The notes: generated from the letters alone by a model not told the origin. 64,000 nt of DNA from Paraspadella gotoi (GCA_051294375.1 CM119271.1:11675896-11739895), one strand, 5' to 3'; shown: positions 1-16,595, counted from the stretch's first letter. Made by a program: numbers and translations.

Positions 1-2031
<2,031 letters not shown>

Positions 2032-2667
2032 TTTCGATCGTGAATTGAGAAACGAAGAAGAGAAGAAAGGATTTTCATCTTTGCATCGCCCCTCGTTTTG
2101 GATTCAGATTCAATTGGTCAAGCATTCACTATTTCGTCTTTTATTCAGGGAATTAGTTTTTCCTATTTCCTGCCTATTTAATCGAGTACTTTATAACGCA
2201 CTTTGGGTGTTAAATTATCGAAAACAACTAAGTAATGAGAAGAAACACTTGTTTAATGTTGATGCACGACTAATTATGGAAATTCCAAAAACGCGCTATC
2301 ATTAGAATTTCGCTTCATTAAGTTTAACTTTTTCTTAGATCAAATTTCTCTTAATTCATGTGCAAAGATTGTAACAATATTTTTCGAACCATCATTGCAA
2401 TTTTTACTACTTTTCAATCTCCATTTGCGTTGCGTAGCTGAACAATGACAATTTCGTGAATCAAACTGAAAGCATTAAGCTTAAATGGAAGAAATCACAA
2501 CAAAAAAAATAAAGCGGGTGTAACTTATATTATCATCAAAAATTTGCATAAAAGCATAAAACGCTAAAAAAAATCACCTAACGGACAAACTGGGGGGAAA
2601 AAAATCATAACAAAAAGCATCTCTTGGTTTTTTTTCTTCTTGTAATAAAAATCCGTCCGTCCGAGCT

Positions 2668-4669
2668 TCAATCCCGAACGACTTGAATTCCCTCTCCACC
2701 CAAATTGGTCAAATCCACGTTGGATGGATAGACGGACCTCAATGCACCCGTGGAGGCGTCGACGACCCTCACTTGTTGAAGAGAGAGTTGAAGCGACTTT
2801 CCCTCGACGCTCATATTCTTGAGGGAAGCGGCGACGGCGTCGACGTCCTCGCCCGCAGCGCCATCTTCTTTGAAGGTGTTGTCGTAGCTGCCGCGGGTGA
2901 GTCCAAGCAGCAGCATATCCTTGACGAGAGCATCGAGGGTGCGTTTGGCCGCCTCCAACGAAGTCGCCGACGTCACTTCGATGAAGACGTTCGACGTCGA
3001 CGGGGAGATTTTGCTCACGTCGCTGGGGAGATGGAGTTTAGTTATATTACTATATTTATTTAGCTGAATAAAACGAGATTATCTCAAAATAAATATTAGG
3101 AATGCCTAAGAATATTTGTCAGATCCACCAGGTTAGACTATTTACAAGTTAATCGAATGGCGCAATTATTAAGCTAATTTTAAACACAAATTGTTAACAA
3201 ATACATAATAAATAATGAATATGCTTTCTCCAACTTTTGAACCTTCATCCCTTTCACAAGAAAATAAGAAAGCAACAAGCAATCCTGCAAGCTTCTACAA
3301 TTAATTCGTCTCACCTGTTAGTGATCGGTGGAAACGAAACGACAGTCTCATTCTCCATCCCTTCATTCATAAGAAGGCAAGCGAAGGACGTCTTGCCTTT
3401 CACCAACTCTAAATATTTGTGAATTCCCGTGAATCCACTTCGCTTCGATTTCTTTCTCGCCTCCTCCGCCTCATGCAGCAGCCGACCGATGAGCTCGTCC
3501 GCAGAGAGGCGTTCGGCGCGGCCGAGCGGCTGCAGCAGCACGTCCTTGGGGTCTCGCGCGTCGTAAGAGAGAGGAAAGGAGAGAGCGGAGTCATCGTGAG
3601 TCGCTATGGTGGAAACGAGGCGTTTCTGACCGACGGTGTCGTGCAATTTGGTCTGCGAGGCGATGAAGCGTTTGAAGAGGGCGTTGGTCTGCCGCAAGTC
3701 GACGTCCAGCGCGACGCAGCAGAGGATGTGAGGTCGAACTTCGAGGGCGGCCGAGGAAACCGTCACGGTCCTCGATTCCGTCGCGGGAAGGACGATGATC
3801 TTGTGAGAAAGTCTCGGCGCCGGGGAACCGGAACGACTACGGTTCTCCCCTCGCGAACGCGACCTGGCTTTGGCCTTTTTGCGAGCGCTGCCGGATTTTT
3901 TGCCGGAGGCGCCTCCGGATTTGGTATCGGTCGTCGGCAGCGACTTGTGAAGATACTCGATGATGGACGAGGTCTTGCAAGACTGCACCATCTTGGAGAG
4001 ACGTTTGTCGACGAGCTGATTGCCTTTGAAGTTGATTTCCTTTAATTTGGCGCAAAGAGAAAGTTGAGGAGGAAGAGAAGAAAGACGATTATTCTCCAGA
4101 TTAAGAACTTTGAGACAATGAAGATTTTTAACGGATTCGGGAATCGAGGCGATGCGGTTGTTTTGCGCGTGAATCTCCGCCAGACTCGACAAGCTCAAAC
4201 ATGTCAAGTCTTCCGTCAACTCGGTCAATCCGTTGTTGGAGACGTCGAGCACCGTTAACTTGGCGAGATTGCCACGACCCAACGGCGGAAGTTCCTCCAG
4301 GACGTTCCCGCGGAGATTTAGAGAATAGAGTTCCGCGCATCGATTGACGTCGTCCGGGACGCGAGAGAGGGCGTTGGTTGAGAGATCGAGAGAACGAAGC
4401 TTTTGCAATCGACCGATAGATGTCGGGACCGAAGCGAGTTTATTCTCTCGCAACACGAGATGAATGAGGTTAGGCAGATCGGCGAAGGCGTCGTCCGGAA
4501 GATGAGACAAAGACGTCGACGAAATCTCGAGAAAGTTGAGCGTCGAGAGACGAAAGATTTCGGGATCTAAACCATCGAATCTTGAGATGCGTCGATCGAC
4601 TTCGACGCCGGACAAAACGAGTTCGTGTTTGTTTTGATCTTTGTAGCTTTTCACTTCCGGCCAACTCAT
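2668..4669 (-). CDS. LRRC47: Leucine-rich repeat protein 47 (LRR + PheRS beta B3/4-like domain), 2 exons
   Basis: N-terminal LRRs, then a basic linker, then a B3/4-like region: VRPHILCCV, QTKLHDTVGQKRLVSTIATHD, VVSFPPITN|SKISPSTSNVFIEVTSATSL, and QVRVVD...VYPS. Confidence 0.9.
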
Positions 4670-4683
4670 GGTCAATCGAGGAT

Positions 4684-4706
4684 CTGTAAAAAAAAAAACA
4701 AAAAAC
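4684..4706 (-). promoter_or_regulatory. Unpaired 3' splice acceptor upstream of the LRRC47 ATG (candidate trans-splice site)
   Basis: A long T tract ending ...TTTTTACAG|ATCCTCGATTGACCATG. Confidence 0.6.
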
Positions 4707-5040
4707 GAAGAGAAAAGGAATGAATGGAATCGTGGAATTCCGATGGAACCGAAATCGAAAGAAAAAATAAAATCAACTGGAAAAAATTAAATGACGAAAA
4801 AAAAAAGATCCGAGAGAATACTATCGTTTCCAAATATGGAAAATAAATATTAATCAGTTAATCTAGTAGCTTTAATAAGTAAATATAAGTTAAAACAATT
4901 TCCAACTGATTGACACGAAGATTTCTCGCCGATTCGTTTAAAAAACCAAAACGTAATGTAATAAAAAGTTTGTTTTTATAATTAAAAATGCGAAATAGGA
5001 AAATTAACGTCCGCCTCAACTAGTAAATCCACAATTTTAA

Positions 5041-5121
5041 TTAATTGCTCAAGAATTTTCGACGAATGATCTCCACGTCTTGATGCTGGTTCTGACAGAA
5101 GCAGTCGGCGCCGTGGTCAGT

Positions 5122-5179
<58 letters not shown>

Positions 5180-7410
5180 CCACCGCCGCGGCAGAACAGC
5201 TCGATGTCGCTCCCAAAAGAGGCGGGATCCTGAGCGGCGCGGACGAGCCGCTTCAAGCTGACGCGGAGAATTCCATTGAATACGCCCGTGGCGGCGTTCT
5301 TGCCCTCCACGCCGGGTGGGCAGAGTTGGAAGAAGGAAGGAAGACGCCGCTCTTGAAGTACGGGCTGCGGGGCGAACGGCTCTGGCTCCTGCTGCGTCTC
5401 GAGCGGAGGCTGCGGATCTGGCGGTGCAGGCGACGTCTGCTGTAGTTCCGGTTCCCCCTGCTGCTGCGGTTCCGCTGCCACCTGCCCCTGCAGTTCCTGA
5501 GGGGAAACATCCTGCGCCGCCGCGGCAGGAAATTTGACAACGCCGGGAACTGTTCCGGGCGGAACATCATCGGGCGGTGAAGGTTCGGTCACCGTGATCT
5601 GCGGACCTTTGGAAGTCCCTGCAGCGCTGGAAGTGCCAGCATTAACGGAAGTGCCTGCAGCCCCGGAGGTAATTTCCGATTCGGCCGGAACAGCGCCATG
5701 TCCGAAGGTGGATTCCGGATCCGGATCTATCATCGGCATCGAAGCGTCGCGAGTCGAAGCATCTGCCGGACGAAGTAGAGACATTTCTTCCGGCACGACG
5801 CCGAGAAGTAGAGAATCTCCAGCACCTCTGGCGGCGCGGCCGAGCCCGGACTCGTCGCCCCCCGGCGTCGGATTGACGGCGGACATATCCTGGGGGTCCA
5901 GAGACCTGATGAGACCCTTGGAACGATCCGGGTCGACGAAGCTGCGACTTCGATTGTCGAAACTCGTCGCCATCGATCTTTCCTCGCGACCAACTTCCGC
6001 TAACTCCTCTTCCTCTTCCTCCTCCTGAGCCGTCGTCACTAAATTTCCTTTAAAAAGAGAAAGAATTCCTTTGCCGAGACAAAGTCGTCCCGCGGCGCCG
6101 AGTCCGCCGGATTCCGGCGCCGATTTATTCTTCTTTTGCGCGAACATGTGATCGGAATTGGGTCGACCGACGGCGTCGAGGAAGTTGACGCGCGATTGCA
6201 GTTCGTCGTTGCGAGTGTGGATTTCGTCGTCAAAGACTGGACGACGACGAGGACGACGACGAGGCGCCGACTCTGCATCCGCCGCGGCTGCGGCTGCGGC
6301 GGGCTCCCCCGCGAGGGCGGCCTCTTCGGCGGCGATGCTGTCCATAGCTTCGTCGATTGGGTCGCGACCTTCAGGGACGCCGCCGCCTTCTTCATCAACG
6401 ATCGTCGATTGTAGAAGCGGTTCGTCGACCATGCCGAGACGAGAGGTATCGGCGCTCTCGGCCAGCCTTAACGACCGGCGTGGCAGGGGCGAGCCATCCG
6501 TGTCTCCACCGCTGCGTTTTTTTCCTCTCGCTTTCGCCGGAGATGGTATTTTCTCGATTTGTTCCGGCGATGATCCCCGGCGTCGTTGCGCGGCGTCGAT
6601 CGGATATTCCGGCGGAAGAAGATGAGCGCCGGATGGAGAAGCGGCGCCGACGTTTTCGGCAGCGGCGTCGATTATGGCATCTGGGGCCGGACGAAGCGAT
6701 TGTGGCGTTGGCGACTTTAAAATATCGGAGGCAGTGGCAGAGGCAGCGGCAGGGGCAGGGGAAGCGGCACCCTCTTCAGGACGAATGTCCAGATCTTCCA
6801 AATCCTGCGGCAGCTCAGGTTCAACGAAGGGCATCTCCGGCGGAGCGGCTGCCGCGCCGGCTGCGGAAACCTCGCTCTCAACGCGAGACGCGGCTTCGAT
6901 GTAGGCGTCTTCTTCGTCAGGAAGTGGGCGTGGCGCAGGCGGTGCGGGTTCGACGAAAGACTCGGACAAAGTGATGCGACCCGCGTCGACCGTGTGGAGC
7001 TTCGGGTCGAAGAAATAATCGTCGACGTCGATGGATTCTTCGATGCTTCTCACGGCGACGTTGGATTCGAAGGAGATCTTCGGGATGTTGACGACCGTCT
7101 TCACCTGGGAGGGAGAGAATGAATGAATGAATGAATGAATGAATACACGGATACGGTCATACGACCTTTTAGTCGTCGTTCAAAGGTCGATGTAAAATTA
7201 GAAAGAGAGAGAGGGAGAAGAGGGGAAAATGAAATAGGGGATAATATTTGGGTTACTTTCGCCGACCGGGGTTAGGGGGCGATTAGGGTTAAGAAGACGC
7301 AAAACCTCGGTTGGCGTAAGTAATATTTTACTTAATAATTATTAAAATAAAATAAAAAGCTTAAACAATTATTGTCAGTCTCATTTACTTCCAATCACTA
7401 CTCTTTTCTT

Positions 7411-7447
<37 letters not shown>

Positions 7448-7739
7448 CTCTCTATCTCACACACACACACACATATCTACCCCCACTGACCTTTTTCTTC
7501 TTCCCCGGTTTTCCATCCTCCTCCTCCTCCCCGGCGTTTCTCCCCCTTTCGTCTCTTTCCCCCTTTTTCTCCCCCATCGACTTCTCCCCAGGGGCGTCGC
7601 CCTGGATCCCGCCCCCGGGACTCGATCGCAGCCCCGCCCCAGGGACGGCGAAGGAAGAATCTCCGTCGCCTGATTCACGGATTCGACGGGCGAAGTCGAG
7701 TGATCGATTCACGTCGAGAATTAAAAACCTGGAGGGAGA

Positions 7740-7799
<60 letters not shown>

Positions 7800-8377
7800 A
7801 GAAAGTCGGACATAATTATAAACTTTGACAAAAAAAAAAAATAACTTGGGGTTGCCACATAAAACAGACTGACAAAGAGAAAGGGATAAAAATTCGGACA
7901 AATGGACGGACAGATGATGAGACGGACAAAAAAGCTGACAAGAACACTGAAACAAAGAGTGAGACAGAACAGTGAGACAAAATTGGACTGACAAAGACAC
8001 CGACAAGCGACAAATAAATCGACAAAGGATCGAAAAAGAGATTGAGAAATAAATGTCAGATCTCACCCCATCTGCTGAGCGTAGATGTCGACGGCGCCGG
8101 TAATGAGAGTCGCGCAAGTGCGGAGGCTGAGAGAGAGGTATAAAAGGTCAGATCAGGTCGGGTCAAGTCCCCCCTTACCATCTCCGCCTCACCTGAACAA
8201 CATCTTGAGCTCCTTTCGCTGACCCGAGTGATTGAAGTAGACGACGAGATCGTGACAGACCTGATCCAGATCGCAATCTCGGTACTCGCGCTCGGCGATC
8301 TTCCGAGGCCGAGTCGCCGCCAGCCAAAGGAGACCGAACCGCCCGTTGCGCTTCAAGACGGCGTGATAGTAGAACAT
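5041..8377 (-). CDS. REC8: Meiotic cohesin kleisin REC8-like (Rad21/Rec8 family), multi-exon
   Basis: The N-terminus MFYYHAVLKRNGRFGLLWLAAT has WLAAT (REC8-type) rather than the WLAAHW of RAD21. A long acidic/proline-rich middle leads to a C-terminal winged-helix (LPSFFQLCPP...AATGVFNGILRV...AQDPASFGSDI). Confidence 0.75.
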
Positions 8378-8808
8378 GATCCGACAGAGAAAAAGTCGAG
8401 AGACAGAGAGAGAAGTTTTTTTTATTTATAATAAAAGATGCCTAAAAATCAGAGAATTTTAACATTTAACGAATCCAATAACGTCGAATTATTAAAAGAT
8501 ATATACATAGCGAAGGCATGAAAAAAGTTTTACATAAAAAATGAGCCGTAAAATTGAACTCAAAGATTCGGTTATTTTTGCTAAAGAAATGTAAAAAATG
8601 ATGTAATGAATCAAAAGACAAGAGGCACGCTTAAATATATATTAAAATTAAATATGTAGAAACGATCACAGTCGTGTTGGTAGGTTACCACTGGCAACTA
8701 AAACGTTAGGTGGAGTCAGCGGACGTATTCGTCGTCTTTATCGTCGTCGTCTTAATAGTTGAACTGCTAAAGACTTAATAAATTCATCGCCAAATCCCAT
8801 GGAAAAAA

Positions 8809-10688
8809 TCAAATTAAAATCTTCTTCTCAGGATTCATAATATCTTTCGGATCCAACGCTTTCTTGATCGTTTGCATGACGCTATATGCACCTGCGCCGA
8901 ATTCTATCGGCACCCACTCTCTCTTGCCGATGCCGATAGAGTGTTCGCCGGTGCAGGTTCCGCCGACGTCGAGGGCGCGCCGGACGAGACGCCGGGTGAA
9001 ATCGACGAGACGACGTCGCTCTTCCTCGTTTTCAGGATCGAACATGACGAGACAATGGAAGTTCCCATCGCCCACGTGACCGACGATAGGGGCAGTGAGG
9101 CCAGACCGACAAATGTCGGCCTTGGTCTCTCTCAAAACCTCGGGTAGTCGGCTGATGGGCACGCAGACGTCGGTAGAGTATCCCTCGGCGCCGGGTCGTA
9201 GAGAGCGAGCGGCGTACCAAGCATCGTGTCTCGCCTTCCACAACCGGTTTCTATCTTCCGTCTCTTTGGCCCAAGAATAGTCTCCACCTCCATTGGAGTC
9301 GACGACGAGTTTGGTCATCGCCGCTTGTTTGTCAACATCTTCATCGTCTGCTCCGACGAATTCGAAGAAAAGAGTCGGACGAGCGGGAAGATCGAGTCCG
9401 CTGAAGGCGGCGGAGGCGGACATCTGGACGTCGTCGAGGAATTCGACTCTCGCCACGGGGATGCCGCATTGAAGGATCTGGACGACGGAATCCACGGCGG
9501 CGCCGTCGTCGGGGAATGAGCAGACGGCGGCGGCGACGGCGGCGGGGAGAGGGTGAAGGCGGACTGTGGCGGAAGTGATGACGCCGAGGGTTCCTTCAGA
9601 ACCGACGAAGAGGTTCGTCAAGTTGTATCCGGCAGCCGATTTTTTAGCGTGACGATTTTCGCCTGATTGAAATTAATTAATTAATTATTATGATTACTTT
9701 AGAATATATACTTTAGAATATTATCTTTAAGCTTCATCGGCAGACTTCACAAACCCCCCCCCCAAGAAACCCACCGGCCGTATGCACCACCGTCCCGTCC
9801 GCCAACACCACCTCCAAATTGATGACATTCTCCTTCATGGTTCCATATCTGACGGCATTGGTGCCAGATGCATTGGTGGCCGCCATTCCGCAGATGGAGG
9901 CGTCGGCTCCGGGATCGATAGGAAAGAAAAGTCCGGATCCTCGAAGGGATTCGTTGAGACTCTTCCTCGTGATGCCGGCGCCGACCCTCGCGTTGAAGTC
10001 CGCCTCTCGAATCTCGGGCTCCGCGGAGAAATTGACCAAATTGACGGAGACGCCGCCGCGAAGAGCGACCACGCCCCCTTCCAGACCGGTGCCGGTTCCG
10101 TAGGCGACGACGGGGACGGAGAGTTCGTTGCAGATGCGACAGATGTCGCTGACTTGAGCGACGCTGCGTGGGAAGACGACGGCGTCGGGGATGGTCGATC
10201 CTAAAGATGGAAGATGTGGAAAATGTTGAAAGAAAATCTAATATTGTTGACAATTCTTATAGAAAAATTTTTATATAAAAATTATCCTTTCATTCAACTT
10301 TGGACAGTCTATGTGTTTCGACTTTTCATCAAACATGTCTGGACTCGTTTCAACGAATTTCTCTTCTCCCAGACACAAAATATAAACTGACCTTTGAACC
10401 ACCTAATGCCCTTTGACGCCCCCACTTACCCCGATGCCATGATTCATCGTGTCCGTGATGATCTCTCACTCCCTCGGCCACTGAGATGTCTTTCGCGTCC
10501 ACGACATCTCGGATCCGCTCGATTGCGCCAGACGCGTTGTTGTTGTTGTTAGCGTTTGTCGCCGCCAAGGATTCTGTGGCGAAGGCTCTGACGGCTGAGG
10601 AGCGGGAGCCCGTCGCGGCAGCAGCCGACGCCGCAGCCGACGCCGCAGAGGACCCCGAGGACGCGAACCGAGACCACGCCTTCCACAT
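8809..10688 (-). CDS. LDHD: Mitochondrial D-lactate dehydrogenase (FAD-linked oxidase), 3 exons
   Basis: Motifs [80 protein letters not shown] and [13 protein letters not shown]. Confidence 0.95.
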
Positions 10689-11101
10689 TGAGTCGAAAGG
10701 TCGAAGAACTTTAAGAAAGAAAAACCAAAAAAAATGAAAAGATCGCGCTTAACAAAATCAAAAAGGAGATTTAGTTATAATATTAAAAAACGGGAGAGAT
10801 GCTACTCTAAATCAATGGCACGGATTAAAAAATAATAATAGAAAAAAATGAGAAACCGAGTTTTAACAATACGAATTTCGTAAAATTTAGCAAAAGGGGC
10901 AGTCCGGGGTAATGCTGCTAAAAATAGACTTCAGAATTGGGGATATTTGTGAAAAATCTAAACCCTTCCCCCTCCACTAGATTTCACATTACCCGAGTCT
11001 ACCCACTCTGCTCCCGCGACGGAACGGCCTCAAGTTTTCCCTGCGCCTCGTTGAGTGAACGAGTGAACAGCCAGTGAGTCTGTGAAACAAGTGATTAATT
11101 T

Positions 11102-13054
11102 TCACTCAGCGTCCGAAGCGGAAGTCGATTCGTTCTTCCTCTTTTTCTTCTTCTTCGATTTCTTCTTCTTCTTCTTCTTCTTTTTCGTCTTTATCGTCTT
11201 TAAAGTCACTTTCAATATCTTCTTCTCAACATCGTCATCGGAAGAGGAAGAAGATCCGCTGCTACCGAAATCCAAGCTGCTCAGTTCGCCGCTGCTGCTG
11301 CTGCTGCATTTCCTTCTTTTCTTTTTAGATTTGGAGCAAAAGTCTGAATCCGAAGATTCCCTTTTTTCTTTTTTCTTTTTCTTCTTTTTTTTCTTCTCTT
11401 TCTTCTCTTTCTTTTCTCCTCCCTTCTCCTCCTCATCCTTTCCCTCTCTCCTCTTCCATATCCTCTCGTCCTCCACATAATGATCCCTGAATCGAAAGGG
11501 TCTATGTTTCCCCGGCGGCGACTTTTCTCTCCCGCAACGACGGCGCCGCTTAACGCCGCCGGCCTTTTCGGCGCCGGCCTCCTCAAAGTCTCGATCGGCG
11601 TCGGCGAAGGCTCCTTCGGGATTGACGAAGCAGTGGAGGAAGTTGCAGTCTTTGCCTTTGGGACATTCGTTTTGAAGGAATTGACCGCAGATGGCGCTGC
11701 GCCATTTGGAGACGACCGAGATCTGAGCGGAGAGGCGGCGCCCGGCGTACCATCGTCCGCGAAAGACGCTGACGGCGACGACGGCTTCCTCTTCGCGCTC
11801 GTAGGAGACGAAGACGTTTCCGCGAAGGTGGGCGGCGGAGTTGAGGCAGACCTGAGGGAGATGAAGGAGGGAAGAAGAGAATCTTGGGGGTTAAATGGGC
11901 AATTGGGCATGCTTTGATCAATGACAAGCCTTACAAGGTCAATGACAAGCCTTACATGGTTAATGAAAAGCCTTACATGGTCAATGACAAGCCTTGATGA
12001 GCGGAGTTTTCCGTCTGAGTTTATATCCTACAGCCTTACATGGTCAATGAAAAGTTTTGACGGAGACTGATTTTATAAAATCCAGCCTCTAACAATCTTA
12101 AACGTTTCACGTGATTAATGAACGGTCTTCAATGGTCAATGATATGACTTACATGGTCGATGAAAAGTTTTAAATGATCAATGCAAAGTTTTAAAGGGTC
12201 AGTAACAAAATTGAACATGGTCAAAGTAACCATTCATGAGTGCATAGTCCAAATACCTTAAACTGCTTCACGACGCCGATTTTCTCAAACTCTGGAAGAG
12301 CATCTTCGTAAAAGTCGAGAAAAGCGGCGCGAAGATCGGAACCGACGCCGTCGAAACGGGAAAAGACTTTGGCGGCGTCATCGTCGGCTGCTGCGGTTCT
12401 TGCGGCGAGAGCGGCGTCCAGCGCCGCGTGAGAGAACATTCCAGGAATGAGAACGGTGAGGCCGAATTCGAGCTCGGGATGCAGGCGCTTACAGGCGTCT
12501 CCGAATCGACAGGCGCCCGTTCGCATGAAAAAGTCGCAGTTCCGCGGATCGGTTAAGTCTGAGTGAGGAGGAGGAGGAGGTCGCCTTTTCTTTATCGGAG
12601 GAGGAAGAGGAGATGGTTCGATCTCGACGCGGGAAGGAGGCGAACCCACTCCCACTCCCTCTCTATCTTTCTCTTTCTCTCCTTTCTCTCTCCTCGCCAA
12701 CTCCCTCTCTTTCTCCAACAGAGTCTCATGTTGTCTCAGTTTTCTCTCTATTTCCTCCAACTCGTTCTCCTCCTCATCCTCTTCTTCTTCCTCCCTCTTC
12801 CTCGCCTCTCTCTCCTCCACCCCAACCCTCACCGCCTCGATCCTCCTCTTCATCTTCCTCTTCGTTTTTCTCACGAGTTTTCGATATTCGACGAAGGAGA
12901 GACGCTGCTCGGCCGCGGCTGGAACGGAGGCGGCGGCGGCGGGAGACGCGCGGGCGGCGAAGAAGGCGGTGGCGGCGGCTCGACGCTGAGCCAAGAGTCG
13001 GCGGAGTAAGAGATGGAAATCGGATGATTTGGAGGAAGAGGGAATGTCGGCCAT
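11102..13054 (-). CDS. ZRSR2: U2AF35-related splicing factor ZRSR2/URP (CCCH-UHM-CCCH), 2 exons
   Basis: Coiled N-terminus, then CDFFMRTGACRFGDACKRLH, FYEDALPEFEKIGVVKQFK|VCLNSAAHLRGNVFV, GRWYAGR and AICGQF...CPKGKDCNFLH, then a Lys/Ser-rich tail. Confidence 0.9.
11915..12222. repeat. Degenerate ~21-bp minisatellite (ATGGTCAATGACAAGCCTTAC) in the ZRSR2 intron
   Basis: Several near-identical GGTCAATGA(C/A)AAGCCTTACA units, followed by decayed copies. Confidence 0.8.
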
Positions 13055-13803
13055 CGACCGAGAGGGGTCTCCGCGTCAGCGCTATCCAGAAGCCGTCATG
13101 ATAGGGCAAGTCTTTTATTTCAAAACATTATTTCATTTTTATTGAGCTGAACTAAAAAAATATAATCATTATTAACATCATTTAATGTTCAAATACAAAT
13201 ATAAATACAAAATATAACGTTTGAACCAATCGCCGGCAAAACAGTTTAATTTTTTTTTTTAATAAAATGAAACTAAGACTAGAACAAATGGCAAAGGGAC
13301 AAATTGACAAAGAAACAACAGACGAATGGACAAAGGGACAACGGACGAATTGAAAGAGAAGAGTGTTTGAGAGAGTGAGGGGAAAAGTCGGAAAGTGAAA
13401 ATTAAAGTAGAGTTGATGTGACGATTTGATTTGATTTGATTTGATCATCGATTTTGAATCTCAAATAGCGCCGCTTATTCTCTTTTAATAGAGGTCACCT
13501 TGTTTGAGTGAGGATGAAATATACAAAGTAACTGTAAGAGAATATAAAACCCTTCCTTCGATATATAACTAAACCACTTGATAATAAACAGTTTAAACAC
13601 CCTTGAAAATTAAGATCATATAAATATTAAATAACCTACATATATAATTTCTTTATTGTCGCAACTTAAAAACCATGCTTCTTATCAAATTTAATAAAAA
13701 TCGATATTAAAATTAGCTTCACCACCAAACTAAATTATTTAAAAATTTAAGAAATATATCTACATTTGAAAATCTTAAATATTAAAATTCACCAATTTGT
13801 CAT

Positions 13804-16561
13804 TCAAACAAGGCGCTTCTGGTTGCTGCAAATGAAGCAAGATTGGATGACATCCAGACATCCCACATGAAAGGAATGGCCGCAGTTGAACACGACCAAA
13901 TCCGTCTGAGTCAGAGCGGTGCCGCCGGCGCCGCCGCCAGCCTGGGCAGCGGCGCCAGCTGGGCCTCCAGCGTCCGCTGAGGGAACGACCTGTTCTGGAG
14001 GGGGCGGCCCGATCAACTGAGAGTGACAAATTTGGCAACAATTGAAGTCGGAAACGGAAATGCCCTTTTTCTGAATTTTGACGTGACGTTGGAAAAGATT
14101 GAAGGAATCGTTGACGAGGATCTTCTGACATCCTTCGAGCAACGAGATCTGCAGATTGTAGTCGTGGAGAATCTTGACGAGCGACTTCTGCAATCCCTCG
14201 ATCTCCATTCCCTCTTTGATCCGTTGAATGAGGATGATGGGGTCCACGTGGGTCCCGATGTTCTGAAGGAGGCCGACGACGAACTTGGGTTTGTCTATGG
14301 CGTGCTCGACGAGGTCTTCCCACAGATCCGGGTCATCGTGCTCTTTGCAAAACTCGATCGCCATCTCCACATCCTTCAAAGAGTTCATGATGAGAGCGAG
14401 GGCGTGCTTGAGGTTCCCCATGCGTCCGTAGAGATAAATGGTCTCGACGACGAGATCCAATTCGTAGCAGCGTTCCGCGGATTTGGTCAAATCATAGAAG
14501 GTCGTGCTCTTGAGGTATTGAAGCAGACGAGACTGATCGAATTCGGCGAAGAGCATCACGAGATCGTCGTAATGCTCAGTCCTCAAAAGCTTCGATTGAT
14601 TCAACGGATCCTTTTTATTCAATTTATCCAAAAATAGAAAATACAAATCCCGTCTACGACGCAAGTGAGACACGATCTTGTCCAGCGGAAGTTGATCCAA
14701 ACCGTCGAGGAGCAACTTGAGAGTTTTGTCTTTATCCAACTCGAAGAGTTCCACGACTTTGTCGACGATGGAATGGAAGAGGTTGTGCTTCTTGATGAGC
14801 ACGAAGACTTGTTCGTTTCTCAAACGGAGGTACATCTCCAAGGCTTTGTCGAAACGACTTTCTTTCGTGTAGAGGAGAGCGAGACATTCGAGCAAGACGT
14901 CGTTGGACAATTCGATCTCCATTCGATCCCAGATAGCGTTGACGATCGTGGGAATGTGATAGAGATCGGCCGGCCATTCGCGGAGGAAAGCGGCGAAGGC
15001 GAAAGGGTCAGTTTGGAGGAACTCGCCCAATACCATCTCGTAGACGGCGGGATCGAGTCGGGCGCCGCCTTTGGGAAGGTAAGGGGCGATGATTTTGAGT
15101 TGACCGATGCGAGCGAACGTGTAGACCTGCTCCTCCCATTGAGGGCGGGTTTTTAAGCAGAGTGAGCACTGCAGGGCGGCGTCTTCGTAATAACCTTCCT
15201 CCAGCAAATACTTGATGTATTCTCTAGAGATGTCCTGATAATTGTGCCGCTTGAGTTCCCTTCCATGACGTTGCACGGCGTCCAACGCCTCCTTGTATTC
15301 GTCGTGAGCGAGGAGCCAATCCACGTGATCGTCCTGATCCCTCAACTTCCCGAGCACGACATCTTTGGGAGAGACGATGTAGTAGAGAACGTCTTCGTCG
15401 ACGAATTCGAGATGATAATCGTTGCATCGATATTCGCTGAATCCTCGAATGGAGAGGGCGTCGTTGGAGATCTCCTCGAAGGAATTCATGGAGGGTTTGA
15501 GGATCCGGATGTGAGGACGAGAGGAAACTGGTTTCCCCGCTTCCATCTTCGGTTCTCGATCGTCGTAAGAGAGGACGACGATCTGATCGGCGCCGAGTGG
15601 AGCCACGCCGCAGACGAAGAACTCCGTGGCGAACATCGCGACGATGGCGACGAAGCGATTGGGGAGATCGCGGTGCGTCTCCATCTCGGCTTTGGGCCGG
15701 GAACGGATCTCGCAGACTGGAAAGAAAAAGAGGGAGAGGGAGGATGTGGCACATGCATTTACTTTTTAGTTTCGCTTTTCCTATTTTAAGAAAAAATGGA
15801 GGCAACCCTTCTTGAGTTTATCGAGGTTAAATTTATGACCACTTTTAATCTCTCTCGGGGTCTCTCTCTCTCTCATATTCTTTGTTTCAGATCATTATTT
15901 TCCCTTTCCAAAAATGATGAACTGAAAACCATCTTGCACAGAAACCTCACAATGAAACAAATTCTAATTTAAATAAAAGGAAATTGTTTTCTTTATAACA
16001 TAAGCACTAAATTCTTTTTGTCCCCTTTATCAAAACAGAGAGACCACCTTCAACCAAATCAGGGATAACCCTAGCACTCGCCTTTAATCGTATCTCCCCA
16101 CCCAACGATAAGCGTCGTATCGTCCTTCCAACACAGATTGCATCGATAGAGTTCGGGTCTCAACTCTGGACTGTGATCCCTGGCGATAAATGTGATCCTC
16201 TGCTTGGACGTCATGTCGTAGATCTTGACCCCGAGATCGTTGGACCAAGCGATGAGATCCGATCTCCACTTGATGTTGCGAATCGGGCCTTCGCCTTGAT
16301 GCAGCACGAAGGACCGGTTCGTGCTGAAGATCCCCTTCTCGTTGAGGACGAGTTTGTCGTCGCCCGAGACGTAGCGACGACTCGCCCCCTGGCGGGAGAA
16401 ATTTGGATCGAGGGCGACGGCTTTGACGGGGCGATCGAGGTTGACGAAACGGTTGCCTTCGTTGTTGTACATCCCTGGGAAAGGGCGGGGAGATATATCT
16501 ATAGTTATATATAACTTAAGGGTTCATAAAATACATATTAAAGAAATTAAAACAAATTTTT

Positions 16562-16595
<34 letters not shown>

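Noticed and set aside
10896-11004. Small element with imperfect 19-bp inverted ends (GGGGCAGTCCGGGGTAATG / CATTACCCGAGTCTACCCC)
   Set aside because: It may be a decayed MITE, but several mismatches and no TSD make it too weak to call.
11102-13054. U12-type introns implied by ZRSR2
   Set aside because: The intron boundaries I traced are ordinary GT-AG, and none has an RTATCCTT donor.
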